DNA of 24,753 nucleotides from a virus (IMGVR_UViG_3300020044_004283:1-24753); one strand, 5' to 3'; counted from the first letter of the stretch, positions 5,616 through 15,612 are shown. The notes: generated from the letters alone by a model not told the origin. A program made the numbers and translations.

Positions 5616-6059
5616 GTGGACGAACTAACCCCAAAACAAGAAGCATTTGCACGGGCAGTTGTAGAGACAGGCAACCAAAGCGAAGCCTATCGCCGCTCAT
5701 ATAACGTCGACCCGAATTGTAGACCTGAAACAATATGGACAGAAGCGTGTCTGCTTATGGCAACCCCAAAGGTATCCCAAAGGGTGTTTCAGTTGCAGCA
5801 AGAGGCCAAAGAACGTACTCTAGTAACCGTAGAAAGCATCACCAAAGAACTCGAACAAGTCAGAGAAGCTGCATTCAACGTCGGGGAATTTGCCCCTGCA
5901 AACACCGCCATCATGGGCAAGGCAAAGATACATGGCCTGTTAGTTGACAAGCAGGAATCCAAACAGGAAGTCACAATCAAAACCGGCGCATCCGATAAGA
6001 TCAAGGATATGATCAATGAAATCGCTAAGCGAACAACTAGCGACACTGAATCCAATTGA
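5616..6059 (+). CDS. terS: Terminase small subunit
   Basis: LTPKQEAFARAVVETGNQSEAYRRSY N-terminal HTH. Directly upstream of and overlapping TerL. Confidence 0.9.
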   Translation: MDELTPKQEAFARAVVETGNQSEAYRRSYNVDPNCRPETIWTEACLLMATPKVSQRVFQLQQEAKERTLVTVESITKELEQVREAAFNVGEFAPANTAIMGKAKIHGLLVDKQESKQEVTIKTGASDKIKDMINEIAKRTTSDTESN

Positions 6060-7362
6060 CCGTGAAAAGATCATTGCAAGCCTGAATGATGACGAAGCAC
6101 ATGAATTGCTATATGACTGGCAAGGCTTTCTAGCGCGTCCCGAACAACTGCCACCGAAAGAAGCTTACGACATTTGGATGATCCTATCAGGTCGCGGATG
6201 GGGAAAGACACGAACCGGCGCGGAATGGGTTCGGGATGCTGTAAACAATGGATACCGCCGGATTGCATTAGTTGCCGAAACCGCTGCCGATGCGAGAGAC
6301 GTGATTGTAGAGGGCAAGAGCGGAATACTGGCATGTTATCCAGAAAATGAACAACCTTTGTATGAGCCGTCAAAGCGCCGCTTAACATGGCGCAATGGCG
6401 CGGTTGCCAGTCTATTCAACGGAACCGAACCTGATCAATTGCGCGGTCCACAGTTTGACCTTGCATGGGTTGATGAATTAGCAAAGTTTAGATATGCCCG
6501 AGAAACGTGGGATATGTTGCAGTTCGGTTTGCGTTTGGGGAATAACCCGAAAGTATTGGTAACGACAACACCGCGCCCGATTGAAGTTATCAAGGCGATA
6601 CTTGCGGGCAAAGAAGGCCGCGTGATTGTCACAAGAGGCAAGACAAGCGACAATGCAAGCAACCTTGCCGCATCATTCCTAACCAAAATTACAGACAGAT
6701 ACGCAAACACGCGGCTTGGCAGACAAGAGCTTGACGGTGAAATCCTAGGCGATATTCCGAACGCCTTGTGGTCAATGGATAGCATCGATAGCAATCGCAT
6801 AAAGGACGCGCCGGAGGATATAGGCCGCATTGTGGTAGGGGTTGACCCTGCAATAACTAACACTGAAGAAAGCGACTATCACGGGATAGTTGTTGCGGGG
6901 CTGTCCAAAGACAATAAGACAGGATATGTTTTAGCCGACGGCTCACGAACCGGAACGCCTATGGATTGGGCAAGGCGGGCGGTTGCTTTGTTTGACCAAT
7001 ACCAAGCCGATGCAATCGTGGTTGAGGTCAATCAAGGCGGTGATATGGTTGCCAACACGCTGCGTTCCGTTCGTTCAACACTGCCAATCATTGAGGTTCG
7101 GGCAACCAAAGGCAAGCATGTAAGAGCCGAACCGGTTTCATCATTGTATGAGCAAAAGCGCATTCATCATGTTGGCGCGTTCGCAGACCTTGAAAACCAA
7201 ATGACGCAAATGACAAGCGCGGGTTATGAGGGCGATGGCAGTCCCGATAGGGTTGACGCATTGGTTTGGGCTTTCACGTCATTGTTTGGGCTTATGACGC
7301 GGGAGACAATCAAGCCGCATATTTCCCCGCCTAAGATACTAATGCCAGCGGCAAGACGATGA
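6016..7362 (+). CDS. terL: Terminase large subunit (GTA-like/COG5323 type)
   Basis: Walker A GRGWGKT, Walker B AWVDE, coupling motif TTTP, nuclease GVDPA and SPDRVDA. Confidence 0.96.
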   Translation: MKSLSEQLATLNPIDREKIIASLNDDEAHELLYDWQGFLARPEQLPPKEAYDIWMILSGRGWGKTRTGAEWVRDAVNNGYRRIALVAETAADARDVIVEGKSGILACYPENEQPLYEPSKRRLTWRNGAVASLFNGTEPDQLRGPQFDLAWVDELAKFRYARETWDMLQFGLRLGNNPKVLVTTTPRPIEVIKAILAGKEGRVIVTRGKTSDNASNLAASFLTKITDRYANTRLGRQELDGEILGDIPNALWSMDSIDSNRIKDAPEDIGRIVVGVDPAITNTEESDYHGIVVAGLSKDNKTGYVLADGSRTGTPMDWARRAVALFDQYQADAIVVEVNQGGDMVANTLRSVRSTLPIIEVRATKGKHVRAEPVSSLYEQKRIHHVGAFADLENQMTQMTSAGYEGDGSPDRVDALVWAFTSLFGLMTRETIKPHISPPKILMPAARR

Positions 7363-7405
7363 TAATGTTTCCACTAATCCACATATTCATACATTCATAT
7401 GCATC

Positions 7406-7434
7406 TTGAATAGCTTTTTAATGTGTGGTATTTG
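7406..7434 (+). promoter_or_regulatory. Candidate internal promoter for the portal gene
   Basis: TTGAAT-N17-TATTTG with TG extension, in an AT-rich 80-bp intergenic gap, 8 bp before ATG 7443. Confidence 0.4.
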
Positions 7435-7442
7435 CTTACCAC

Positions 7443-9470
7443 ATGGAAAACGAAACAGACCAATCACTCGAAAAAATCCATCGTAAGGCGCTAGAGGAAT
7501 TTAACCTAGCGCATGATGCGCAGCGCGACCAGCGCGAGCTTAGTCTATCAGATAGGCGGTTTTGTTTCATTCCCGGCGCGATGTGGGATGGCGCAATGGG
7601 TGAACAGTTTGACAATCGCATCAAACTAGAGGTCAACAAGGTTCTATTGTCTGTCACTCGTATATTCAACGAATACCGCAACAACGACATTACGGTCAAT
7701 TTTATCCCAAAGGATGGATCGGAAGCTGACAAGCTAGCTGATTTGTGCGCCGGTCTATATCGTGCGGATGAACAAGACAGCCAAGCCAATGAGGCGATGG
7801 ACAACGCTTTTGAAGAAGGCGTTTCGGGCGGGTTTGGTGCATGGCGTCTTTGCAGTGAATATGATGATCCGTACAATGACGATGATGATTATCAGCGCAT
7901 TCGATTTGAGCCTATCTATGAGGCGGATTGCAGCGTTTACTTCGATGCGAATGCAAAGCGGTACGATAAGAGCGACGCTTCACACGCTTTCGTGATCACC
8001 GGAATGACGGTTGATGCATACAAAGAAGAATATGACGATGATCCAAGCACATGGCCTAGGCCAACAAACGGCGGTTTTGATTGGGTAACGGCAGATACGG
8101 TTTACGTTGCCGAATACTATTGCGTCAAAGAAACGACCGAAAAGATTTACGTCTATCGTGAAGTTGACGGCAATGAGATCAAGCACCGCGAAAGCGAATT
8201 TACTGACAATCCAAACCTTAAGGCTGAATTGAAGGCCAAAGGCTCACGCAAGATACGTGAAAAGAAGGTCGAGAGCCGTGAGGTTCACAAGTACATTCTT
8301 TCTGGCAATAAGGTTTTAGAGGATTGTGGGCGCATTGCAGGGCGTTATATTCCGATTGTCCCGTTTTATGGCAAGCGCTTTTTCATTGAGGGCAGTGAGC
8401 GGTTTATGGGCCATGTTCGCATGGCGCGTGATGCTCAAATCCTAAAGAACATGCAGATTTCAATGCTTGCCGAAACGGCGGCATTTAGCGGGGTTGAAAC
8501 TCCTATCTTCACGCCTGAGCAAGTTTACGGGCATGAAACAACATGGGCCGAACATGCCGTTAAGCGCAAGGCTTACTTGCTTGTAAATAAGATGACGGAC
8601 GCGGCTGGCAATGAAACGGTTGCAGGGCCGCTTGACTATACAAGAGCGCCAAGCATTCCACCGGCAACAGCGGCGTTGTTGGAAATATCAGAGCAAGACA
8701 TTTCAGACATTCTAGGCAATCAACAAGCCGGTGAAGAAGTCCAAACGCAAATGTCCGGAAAGGCGGTTGAACTTATCCAAACCAGACTAGACATGCAGAC
8801 ATTTATATATATGGATAACATGTCCAAGTCGGTTCAATGGTGCGGTACTGTCTGGCGCGATATGGCGAAAGAGCTTTACGCTGACAAAAACCGCAAGATG
8901 AAATCAGTTGGCAGCCAAGGGCAACGCAAGCAGGTTGTCATAAGCCGGTCTATTCTAGACGAAAACGGCGTTGCAGTTGAAGAGAACGACATTAGCCGCG
9001 CCGTGCTTGATGTTGCGGTTGACGTTGGACCGGCGTCAAGTTCCCGCCGCGCTGCTACGGTTCGCGGCATTACGGGCATCATGCAGTTGACGGCGGACCC
9101 TGTTGATCAAAAGATTTTGTCGGCAATCGCGCTCATGAATATGGAAGGTGAAGGGCTAAACGACATTCGCGAATACTATCGCAAGCAGTTGGTTGCGCAA
9201 GGCATTGGCGAAGCGACAGACAAAGACAAGCAAGAAATGGCAGCGCAACAGCCCGCGCCTGATCAAAACCAGATTTACTTGCAAGCTGAAGCTGAAAAAG
9301 CCAAGGCGCAAGGCGTTCTGGCAATCGCAAAAGCGCAGCAAGCCGAAGCCGAAACAGCCGAAACGCTGGCAAACATTCCAATTAACCAGAGAGATAGCGT
9401 CGTAAACGCCGTTACATCTTTGAGAGACGCGGGAACCGCATCACCGCTTAACGGTGCGAGAGGGAACTAA
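7443..9470 (+). CDS. P22-like portal protein
   Basis: About 675 aa after TerL. DRRFCFIPGAMW, GGFGAWRL, YIPIVPFYGKR, GHVRMARDAQ, SGKAVELIQ and DVGPASSSRR motifs; C-terminal helical tail. Confidence 0.95.
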   Translation: MENETDQSLEKIHRKALEEFNLAHDAQRDQRELSLSDRRFCFIPGAMWDGAMGEQFDNRIKLEVNKVLLSVTRIFNEYRNNDITVNFIPKDGSEADKLADLCAGLYRADEQDSQANEAMDNAFEEGVSGGFGAWRLCSEYDDPYNDDDDYQRIRFEPIYEADCSVYFDANAKRYDKSDASHAFVITGMTVDAYKEEYDDDPSTWPRPTNGGFDWVTADTVYVAEYYCVKETTEKIYVYREVDGNEIKHRESEFTDNPNLKAELKAKGSRKIREKKVESREVHKYILSGNKVLEDCGRIAGRYIPIVPFYGKRFFIEGSERFMGHVRMARDAQILKNMQISMLAETAAFSGVETPIFTPEQVYGHETTWAEHAVKRKAYLLVNKMTDAAGNETVAGPLDYTRAPSIPPATAALLEISEQDISDILGNQQAGEEVQTQMSGKAVELIQTRLDMQTFIYMDNMSKSVQWCGTVWRDMAKELYADKNRKMKSVGSQGQRKQVVISRSILDENGVAVEENDISRAVLDVAVDVGPASSSRRAATVRGITGIMQLTADPVDQKILSAIALMNMEGEGLNDIREYYRKQLVAQGIGEATDKDKQEMAAQQPAPDQNQIYLQAEAEKAKAQGVLAIAKAQQAEAETAETLANIPINQRDSVVNAVTSLRDAGTASPLNGARGN

Positions 9471-9472
9471 AC

Positions 9473-10318
9473 ATGCTTGAAGACACAGAACTGCTAGAAA
9501 AGGAAGTTGACGACACGGTGATTGTTGAAACTGTTGAAGATGGCAAACCAGTCATTGAAACGGATGAAACGACGCAAGAGGACGCGAAAGAGGAAACTCA
9601 AGAGCCGGAACTTGTGGTTAATTTGGGCGATGATGATCAAGAGGTGAATGAAAGCCCCGTGATTAGCACATTGCGCAAGAAACACCGTGAAGCCCAAAAG
9701 CGCATTCGAGAATTGGAAGCGGCACAAGCCAACGCGGTTACACAAACCGTAGCATTAGGCCCTAAGCCAACGCTAGAGAATTTCGATTATGACGCCGACA
9801 AGTATGACGCGGCCTTGCTCGTATGGGCGGAGCAAAAACGCAACCATGATGCAAAAGTGGCGCAGGAAGCTGAAGAAGCCAAAGCACGTCAACAGTCATG
9901 GGCAGCAAACCACGCGGCATATAAGCAGAATGCAGCATCATTGAATGTACGTGATTTCGAGGAAGTCGAGGAAGCCGTAACGAGCGTGTTATCCGTTGCG
10001 CAACAGAACTTACTTATTCACGTTTCCGAACGTCCCGAATACCTAGTGCTTGCCCTTGGACGCAATCCAGAGAAGGCAAAGCAACTTGCGGCGATTACGG
10101 ACGAGTTCAAATTCACGGCGGCATTGGCACGATTGGAAGCAAGCATGAAAGTTACCGGCACTAAAGAAAAACCATCACCCGAAAAGCGACTGGTTGGAAA
10201 GACCGCCGCAACGGGCGTCAACAAACTAGACCAGCTACGTGCAGAAGCGGAAAAGACCGGAGACTATACGAAAGTCACGGCATACAAAGCCGAACTGCGA
10301 CGGTTAGGTCAAACATAA
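9473..10318 (+). CDS. Scaffolding protein
   Basis: Acidic N-terminus, coiled coil, KPTLENFDYD motif, C-terminal AEKTGDYTKVTAYK helix-turn-helix. Lies between portal and coat. Confidence 0.88.
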   Translation: MLEDTELLEKEVDDTVIVETVEDGKPVIETDETTQEDAKEETQEPELVVNLGDDDQEVNESPVISTLRKKHREAQKRIRELEAAQANAVTQTVALGPKPTLENFDYDADKYDAALLVWAEQKRNHDAKVAQEAEEAKARQQSWAANHAAYKQNAASLNVRDFEEVEEAVTSVLSVAQQNLLIHVSERPEYLVLALGRNPEKAKQLAAITDEFKFTAALARLEASMKVTGTKEKPSPEKRLVGKTAATGVNKLDQLRAEAEKTGDYTKVTAYKAELRRLGQT

Positions 10319-10330
10319 GGAAGTAAAACT

Positions 10331-11614
10331 ATGCCTAATGCCTTCTCAAAAGAAGAACGCGTTGCGTTTGAAGAACTATGCGAGGGGTTCAATGATGCAT
10401 TGATCCTTTCCAAAGCCGTTTCTGTTTACGGCACTAACTCGACAGAAATGGAACGTGCGGCGGATACTATCTGGCGTCCTATGCCGTACATTGCCCGTTC
10501 ATTTGACGGTATGGACACAACTGCTAACTTCGCTGATCAAACCCAATTGTCAATCCCCGCAACACTTGGCTTTTCCAAAAACTCCCCTTGGATTATGGAC
10601 GCCAAAGAGTTGCGTGATTCATTGCAGGAAAAGCGACTTGGCGATGCTGCAAAGCAGAAACTTGCATCTGATATCAACGTTGCGGTTATGAACGTTGCAT
10701 CATTGCAGGGTACTGTATTTGTTAAGCGTACAGCGGCGGCTACCGGCTTCGATGACGTTGCGGCGGCGGATGCTGCACTAAACGAGATCGGCGTTGCAAT
10801 GGATAGCCGTTATATGGCTTTATCCAGCCGTGATTATAACTCGATGGCTGGCAACTTGGCAGCGCGTCAAAACGTTATCGGCAAGGTTCAAACCGCGTAT
10901 GATCGTGCTTTTGTCGGCAACATTGCCGGTTTTGACACGTTCAAACTCGATTACGCCTTGCGCCAAACCCTAGCGGTTCCAGGAGCCGGTGTTACCATCA
11001 ACGGTGCAAACCAGCGTTACGTTCCACGTGCAACCAGCACGGCGGGTACTGGTGAAGTTTCCAACGTTGATAACCGCTATCAAACGCTCAACGTCACTGT
11101 TGGCGCGGGCGGGGCGATCAAAGCGGGTGATGCTTTCACCATTCCAAACGTGAACAGCGCTCACTTGATCACAAAGGCGGACACTGGGCAGTTGAAAACC
11201 TTCCGTATCATCTCGATTGTTTCGGGTGGTGGTACGGCTGGTGCGAACGTTATCCGCATTAGCCCGCCGATTATATCGGCTGATTCCGCGCCAACTGTGG
11301 CAGAACAACAGTACAAGAATGTGACGACAGTACCGGCCAACGGTGCAACACTCACATTCCTGAATACTGCAACTGGCACTATGAACCCGTTCTGGCATCG
11401 TGACGCGATTGAAATCTTGCCGGGCAAATATTCCGTACCATCGGATTCTGGCGCGGCGGTGATGCGTGCTACGACTGACAACGGCGTCGAAATCGTGATG
11501 CAAAAGCAGTACGATATCAACACAATGAGAACCAAGTTCCGTTTGGATACATTGTTCGGCGTGGTCAACAAACAGCCGGAAATGACCGGCGTTATGATGT
11601 TCTCGCAACCATAA
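10331..11614 (+). CDS. Major capsid protein (P22 coat family)
   Basis: MPNAFSKEERVAFE...IWRPMPYI...KLASDIN, AGDAFTI insertion domain, C-terminal RLDTLFGVVNKQPEMTG. AAGGA RBS. Confidence 0.95.
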   Translation: MPNAFSKEERVAFEELCEGFNDALILSKAVSVYGTNSTEMERAADTIWRPMPYIARSFDGMDTTANFADQTQLSIPATLGFSKNSPWIMDAKELRDSLQEKRLGDAAKQKLASDINVAVMNVASLQGTVFVKRTAAATGFDDVAAADAALNEIGVAMDSRYMALSSRDYNSMAGNLAARQNVIGKVQTAYDRAFVGNIAGFDTFKLDYALRQTLAVPGAGVTINGANQRYVPRATSTAGTGEVSNVDNRYQTLNVTVGAGGAIKAGDAFTIPNVNSAHLITKADTGQLKTFRIISIVSGGGTAGANVIRISPPIISADSAPTVAEQQYKNVTTVPANGATLTFLNTATGTMNPFWHRDAIEILPGKYSVPSDSGAAVMRATTDNGVEIVMQKQYDINTMRTKFRLDTLFGVVNKQPEMTGVMMFSQP

Positions 11615-11625
11615 TGACAACGGCG

Positions 11626-11655
11626 GCGGGGTGTAATGCCCCGCTTCCTTCCTTT
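11626..11655 (+). terminator. Probable leaky intrinsic terminator after the coat gene
   Basis: Stem GCGGGGT-gtaat-GCCCCGC followed by the interrupted pyrimidine run TTCCTTCCTTT. Confidence 0.55.
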
Positions 11656-11665
11656 GGAGGGCGAG

Positions 11666-12085
11666 ATGAATAAACGAGAAATCATTCAAGAGGCTTTTAC
11701 GGAAATCGGCTTAGGGCCGTACACGTATGATATGCAGCCGGAAGATTTCCAAACCGGATTAACCCGCCTTGATGCGATGATGGCCTTATGGTCAACCAAA
11801 AGAGTTGACGTTGGCTATCCGCTCGGTGGTGATTTAGACACAGAAACGAATTTGCCCGCGAACGCAAAAGAGTTGGTTATTCTAGGGTTGGCGATACGAA
11901 TTGCGCCTTCTTACGGAAAGACCCCTAGTGCGCTGACAATTCAATTGGCGCGTGATGGCTTTCTATCATTACAGAATTCCACAGCGGTTATTCCCGATAA
12001 GTTGCGCGGCATGGCACCATCCGGTGCAGGGAACAGAGGCGAAGCCAATATCTACAATGAAATCTTTCCAGAGGAAACGGCATAA
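11666..12085 (+). CDS. Head-to-tail adaptor (P22 gp4-like)
   Basis: KREIIQEAFTEIGL...LDAMMALW...LAIRIAPSYGK...PSGAGN. GGAGG RBS supports ATG 11666. Confidence 0.85.
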   Translation: MNKREIIQEAFTEIGLGPYTYDMQPEDFQTGLTRLDAMMALWSTKRVDVGYPLGGDLDTETNLPANAKELVILGLAIRIAPSYGKTPSALTIQLARDGFLSLQNSTAVIPDKLRGMAPSGAGNRGEANIYNEIFPEETA

Positions 12086-12516
12086 TGACTGAGATCAATA
12101 AACTTGTACAGGTTGACGCGCTTGCTAGCGGCGATCTATTGGATATGTGGTCACAAGCCAACGGTTCTGAAATGTCTGTGTCATTGACCACGCTTCAGAA
12201 CTTTTTGAATGAAACGCTATCGGTTGGAAAGCTTGTAACGCAATACGCCGCGCCGCTTGCCACGGGCTTTAGTGTGACTATCCCCGCAACTGATAGGTTC
12301 TTAATCTTGACGCCAGCGGCGGGGTACGCGGCGGGAACGATTGTCTTGCCGGTTGGCATTGACCGCTCGGAGATATTGGTTGTTTGCACTCAAGCCGTGA
12401 CTGCGCTAACAATTACGGGCGGGACGGTGGTAGGTGCACCGACTACGCTTGCTGCAAATGCTTTCTTTCGATTGCGCTATGATGGCACATTGGCGCGTTG
12501 GTATCGGATTGGCTAA
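12085..12516 (+). CDS. Putative virion structural protein (143 aa)
   Basis: Beta-rich Thr/Gly/Ala composition, TAATG coupling, position between gp4-like and gp10-like genes. Confidence 0.75.
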   Translation: MTEINKLVQVDALASGDLLDMWSQANGSEMSVSLTTLQNFLNETLSVGKLVTQYAAPLATGFSVTIPATDRFLILTPAAGYAAGTIVLPVGIDRSEILVVCTQAVTALTITGGTVVGAPTTLAANAFFRLRYDGTLARWYRIG

Positions 12517-13916
12517 TGGTCGCTATTCCAATCATAAGCGGCATTGCAGCGGACGTGTCACCTGATTTCAGGACCGCGCTTCCCGTCAATATGGTTCCAA
12601 CGCCTAAAGCGACGGGGATAAGCGAGGGTTATCTGTCAATCACGGATGGCCTTGTGCAGATAGCAACGGGAACTGGTCCTTGTCGCGGCGGCATTGCTTG
12701 GAATGGGTTGCTATTTCGCGTCATGGGGACAAAGCTTGTCATGATTTCAAGCACGGGGACAGTGTTTGAGGTTGGTGACGTTGGCGGCACAGGGCCGGTT
12801 TCTATGACGTATGGCTTTGATTATCTAGCCGTTGCATCCGGTGGCAAGCTATTCCTATGGGATGGTGCAGGATTGCGCCAAGTAACAGACCCCGACTTAG
12901 GTGAAGTGATAGACGTTCGTTGGATTGACGGCTATTTCATGACGACGGACGGTCGAAATCTTGTCGTTACCGAATTAAACAATCCATTTTCGATTAATCC
13001 GCTCAAATACGGTTCATCTGAAATTGATCCAGACCCTATTCGGGCAGTTTTGCGGCTTAGGTCAGAGATTTACGCGGTCAATAGCAATACAGTTGAAGTG
13101 TTTCAGAACGTTGGCGGTGATTTTTTCCCATTTCAGCGCGTTAATGGCGCTCAAATGTCCAAAGGGACGCTTGGTACGCATACTTGCGCGGTATTTATGG
13201 ATAATATCGTCTTGATTGGCGGCGGTCGCAATGAAAGCCCGTCAGTTTGGGCGGGTGATAACGGGGCAATGCAGAAAATAGCTACCCGTGAAGTCGATAC
13301 TATCTTGCATGGCTATACTGAAAAGGAATTAGCAAGCGCTTTTGTCGAGGCGCGGCTTGATAAAGATCATGAATTTCTAATGCTGCACTTGCCGCGAGAA
13401 ACTTTGGTTTTTGACGGAACGACAAGCAAGGCAACGGGAACGCCGGTTTGGCATGTCCTTTCATCTGCCCTTGACGGAGGGCCATTCCTAGCCCGTCACT
13501 ACGTTTGGATTTACGATAAATGGAATGTCGGTCACCCTACGTTGCCTCATATTGGTCAAACGTCCCGCGAAGTGTTTACGCATTGGGGATTGCCGGTTCA
13601 ATGGAAGTTCGGAACTCCTATCATTTTCAATGAAGGCGCGGGCGTACAATTTAACGAGCTGGAATTGATTTGCTTGACCGGATCAACGGCTTTAGGCGAT
13701 AATCCAATCATAACCACGCGATATTCAACCGACGGCGTTGTATGGTCACAAGACAGGCCGTGCAGGGCAGGACGGGAAGGCGGGCGTAACAAGCCTATCA
13801 AGTGGTTGCGCCAAGGCTCTATGCGCAAATGGCGTATACAAGAATTTCGTGGCACAAGCGATGCGCCGTTAACTGTTGCGCGGCTTGAAGCTAAAATGGA
13901 GCCGCTGGCATGGTAA
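12516..13916 (+). CDS. Packaged-DNA stabilisation / tail hub protein (P22 gp10-like)
   Basis: PVNMVPTPK...GYL, CRGGIAWNG, WIDGYFMTTDG, KYGSSEIDPDPI and STDGVVWSQ motifs. Confidence 0.9.
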   Translation: MVAIPIISGIAADVSPDFRTALPVNMVPTPKATGISEGYLSITDGLVQIATGTGPCRGGIAWNGLLFRVMGTKLVMISSTGTVFEVGDVGGTGPVSMTYGFDYLAVASGGKLFLWDGAGLRQVTDPDLGEVIDVRWIDGYFMTTDGRNLVVTELNNPFSINPLKYGSSEIDPDPIRAVLRLRSEIYAVNSNTVEVFQNVGGDFFPFQRVNGAQMSKGTLGTHTCAVFMDNIVLIGGGRNESPSVWAGDNGAMQKIATREVDTILHGYTEKELASAFVEARLDKDHEFLMLHLPRETLVFDGTTSKATGTPVWHVLSSALDGGPFLARHYVWIYDKWNVGHPTLPHIGQTSREVFTHWGLPVQWKFGTPIIFNEGAGVQFNELELICLTGSTALGDNPIITTRYSTDGVVWSQDRPCRAGREGGRNKPIKWLRQGSMRKWRIQEFRGTSDAPLTVARLEAKMEPLAW

Positions 13917-14860
13917 CGGTTCCACTCAATATACCTACACGCTCACAATTGCAGCGCATGGTCGGCAATGATCCTGATTTGTTGCGGGCAATCGAAAATC
14001 TTTTCGCATTGGCGGGAAGGGATACGCCAACAGACTTGTTAGCAATCACCAATGCGGTGAAAGATGTTGAGGCATCACTAGGCGCGACAAATGCCACGGC
14101 TATCACGGCGGTATCTATTGCGGATAGATTGCAGAACATTGTCGAATTATTGGAAACCGCGCCGGTGGTGCAGCCTGACACGGCGGGCGCAAAGGCGGAC
14201 GCGGCATTTGCTCTTGCGACAAGCGTTGCCGATACGGTTGAATATCTTGAAACGGGTCCGGTTGCGGTGCAATATCCCGTTGCGGGCGGCGGCGGGGCAA
14301 CAAACCTTGGTTGGATACCGTCAACACGTACCGTTACAAGCGATACGGGCGCGGATGCGGTGATTACGCTTGTCACTGCTACGGATGCGGGCCTTGCACC
14401 GGCGTCGGGCGGCGGAACTGTAAACTTTCTAAGAGCGGATGCGACATGGGCATCACCGCCTTCACCTCCCGCAACAGATTTATCATGGGATGCTGCAACA
14501 CGGGTTATAGCATCAAGCACGGGTGCTGATGCAACTCTAACACTTGCGACGGCGTTGCTTGATGGCCTCATGGCGGCGGCGGACAAGGCAAAACTCGACA
14601 CTCTCTTGACCGGACAAGCTATCGTTACGGTTCCAAATGCGCGATTTGAACATGAAGAAACGATAGCGGTTGCGGGGATACTACCGGCTCATAGGATAAC
14701 CGCTGGCATCGGCGCTCATATCGACAGTGACGAAAACGCGGCGGATTTGCTTGACTTGACCGGCATGTCGGCAACGGCGGGAACGGGAAGCATCTTATTC
14801 ACGCTTGGATTTTCACAACCTACAGCCGGACCTATTCGAATTAATTGGAGTGCCTCATAA
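13910..14860 (+). CDS. Tail needle / short fibre-like protein
   Basis: Follows the gp10-like gene. N-terminal helical region, internal repeats, GLMAAADKAKLD fibre-type motif. Confidence 0.7.
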   Translation: MVTVPLNIPTRSQLQRMVGNDPDLLRAIENLFALAGRDTPTDLLAITNAVKDVEASLGATNATAITAVSIADRLQNIVELLETAPVVQPDTAGAKADAAFALATSVADTVEYLETGPVAVQYPVAGGGGATNLGWIPSTRTVTSDTGADAVITLVTATDAGLAPASGGGTVNFLRADATWASPPSPPATDLSWDAATRVIASSTGADATLTLATALLDGLMAAADKAKLDTLLTGQAIVTVPNARFEHEETIAVAGILPAHRITAGIGAHIDSDENAADLLDLTGMSATAGTGSILFTLGFSQPTAGPIRINWSAS

Positions 14861-15612
14861 TGGCTAAATTATCAAAAGACCTTTCGATTGGGGTATTACA
14901 CCCGCGTGAGGATATATTTTCGACTGGTGTAATTGGCGCGGTTGATGCTGAAATTGTCATTCCATGCGACGGCGCGTCTACAGTCTCGATTGATTTGCGC
15001 GGAACGTTCTCGCTAACGTTACAAGTCGCGGGAACGGTTGACGGGTTTAACTGGGTTCCAATCCCAGTAAGGCCAATCAACCAAGCCGCGATTGCATATG
15101 TTGCGGCGGTTACCGGTACTGCGGCTGGCGTATGGGCTGGCAAATGTGCACCGTTCAAATCCGTTCGGGTCCGGTGTACGGCGTGGACATCTGGCTCCGC
15201 AACCACAACCATTCTTGCAAGCACGGGCGTACTTGATGATAGCTTGCAGGGCATGGTCACGACACTAACGCCAACTACGGTAGGCGCGGCGGGCGCGGCG
15301 GTTACGCTCACAATTCCAAGCCCGGGCGCGGGGTTGCGCGTCTACCTGACATACTTGTCAATAAACCGGTTTGCTACTGCATTATTGGTTGCAGGGGCCG
15401 CGCCGGTAACAGTCACGACAACAAACCTACCAAGCACGTTGGCTTTTTCATTCCCTGCCGAAGCGGCATTAGCGGGAACGATTGATCGATGGCGAGAGGA
15501 TTTCGCATATCCGATAGCGTCCGTTGCGCAAGCCACTGCAACAACCATCGTATGCCCTGCCACCACAAACGTTATTTGGCGCGTGACCGCCGGATATTAC
15601 ATTGCACCATAA
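14860..15612 (+). CDS. Putative virion structural protein (250 aa)
   Basis: Thr/Ala/Val-rich beta-sandwich-like sequence. GGAG RBS and TAATG coupling give ATG 14860. Confidence 0.75.
   Translation: MAKLSKDLSIGVLHPREDIFSTGVIGAVDAEIVIPCDGASTVSIDLRGTFSLTLQVAGTVDGFNWVPIPVRPINQAAIAYVAAVTGTAAGVWAGKCAPFKSVRVRCTAWTSGSATTTILASTGVLDDSLQGMVTTLTPTTVGAAGAAVTLTIPSPGAGLRVYLTYLSINRFATALLVAGAAPVTVTTTNLPSTLAFSFPAEAALAGTIDRWREDFAYPIASVAQATATTIVCPATTNVIWRVTAGYYIAP

Noticed and set aside
5616-6059. pac site within terS by analogy to P22
   Set aside because: No sequence feature lets me locate it; virion DNA end mapping is needed.
6016-7362. Gene transfer agent cluster
   Set aside because: Only TerL is GTA-like. 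The head and tail genes are P22-like and phage early genes are attached.
10970-11689. Long - strand ORFs (239 and 174 aa) opposite the coat gene; likewise 13891-14601, 14841-15311, 17828-18250 and other antisense ORFs
   Set aside because: Antisense shadows of clearly identified genes, with no motifs or translation signals.
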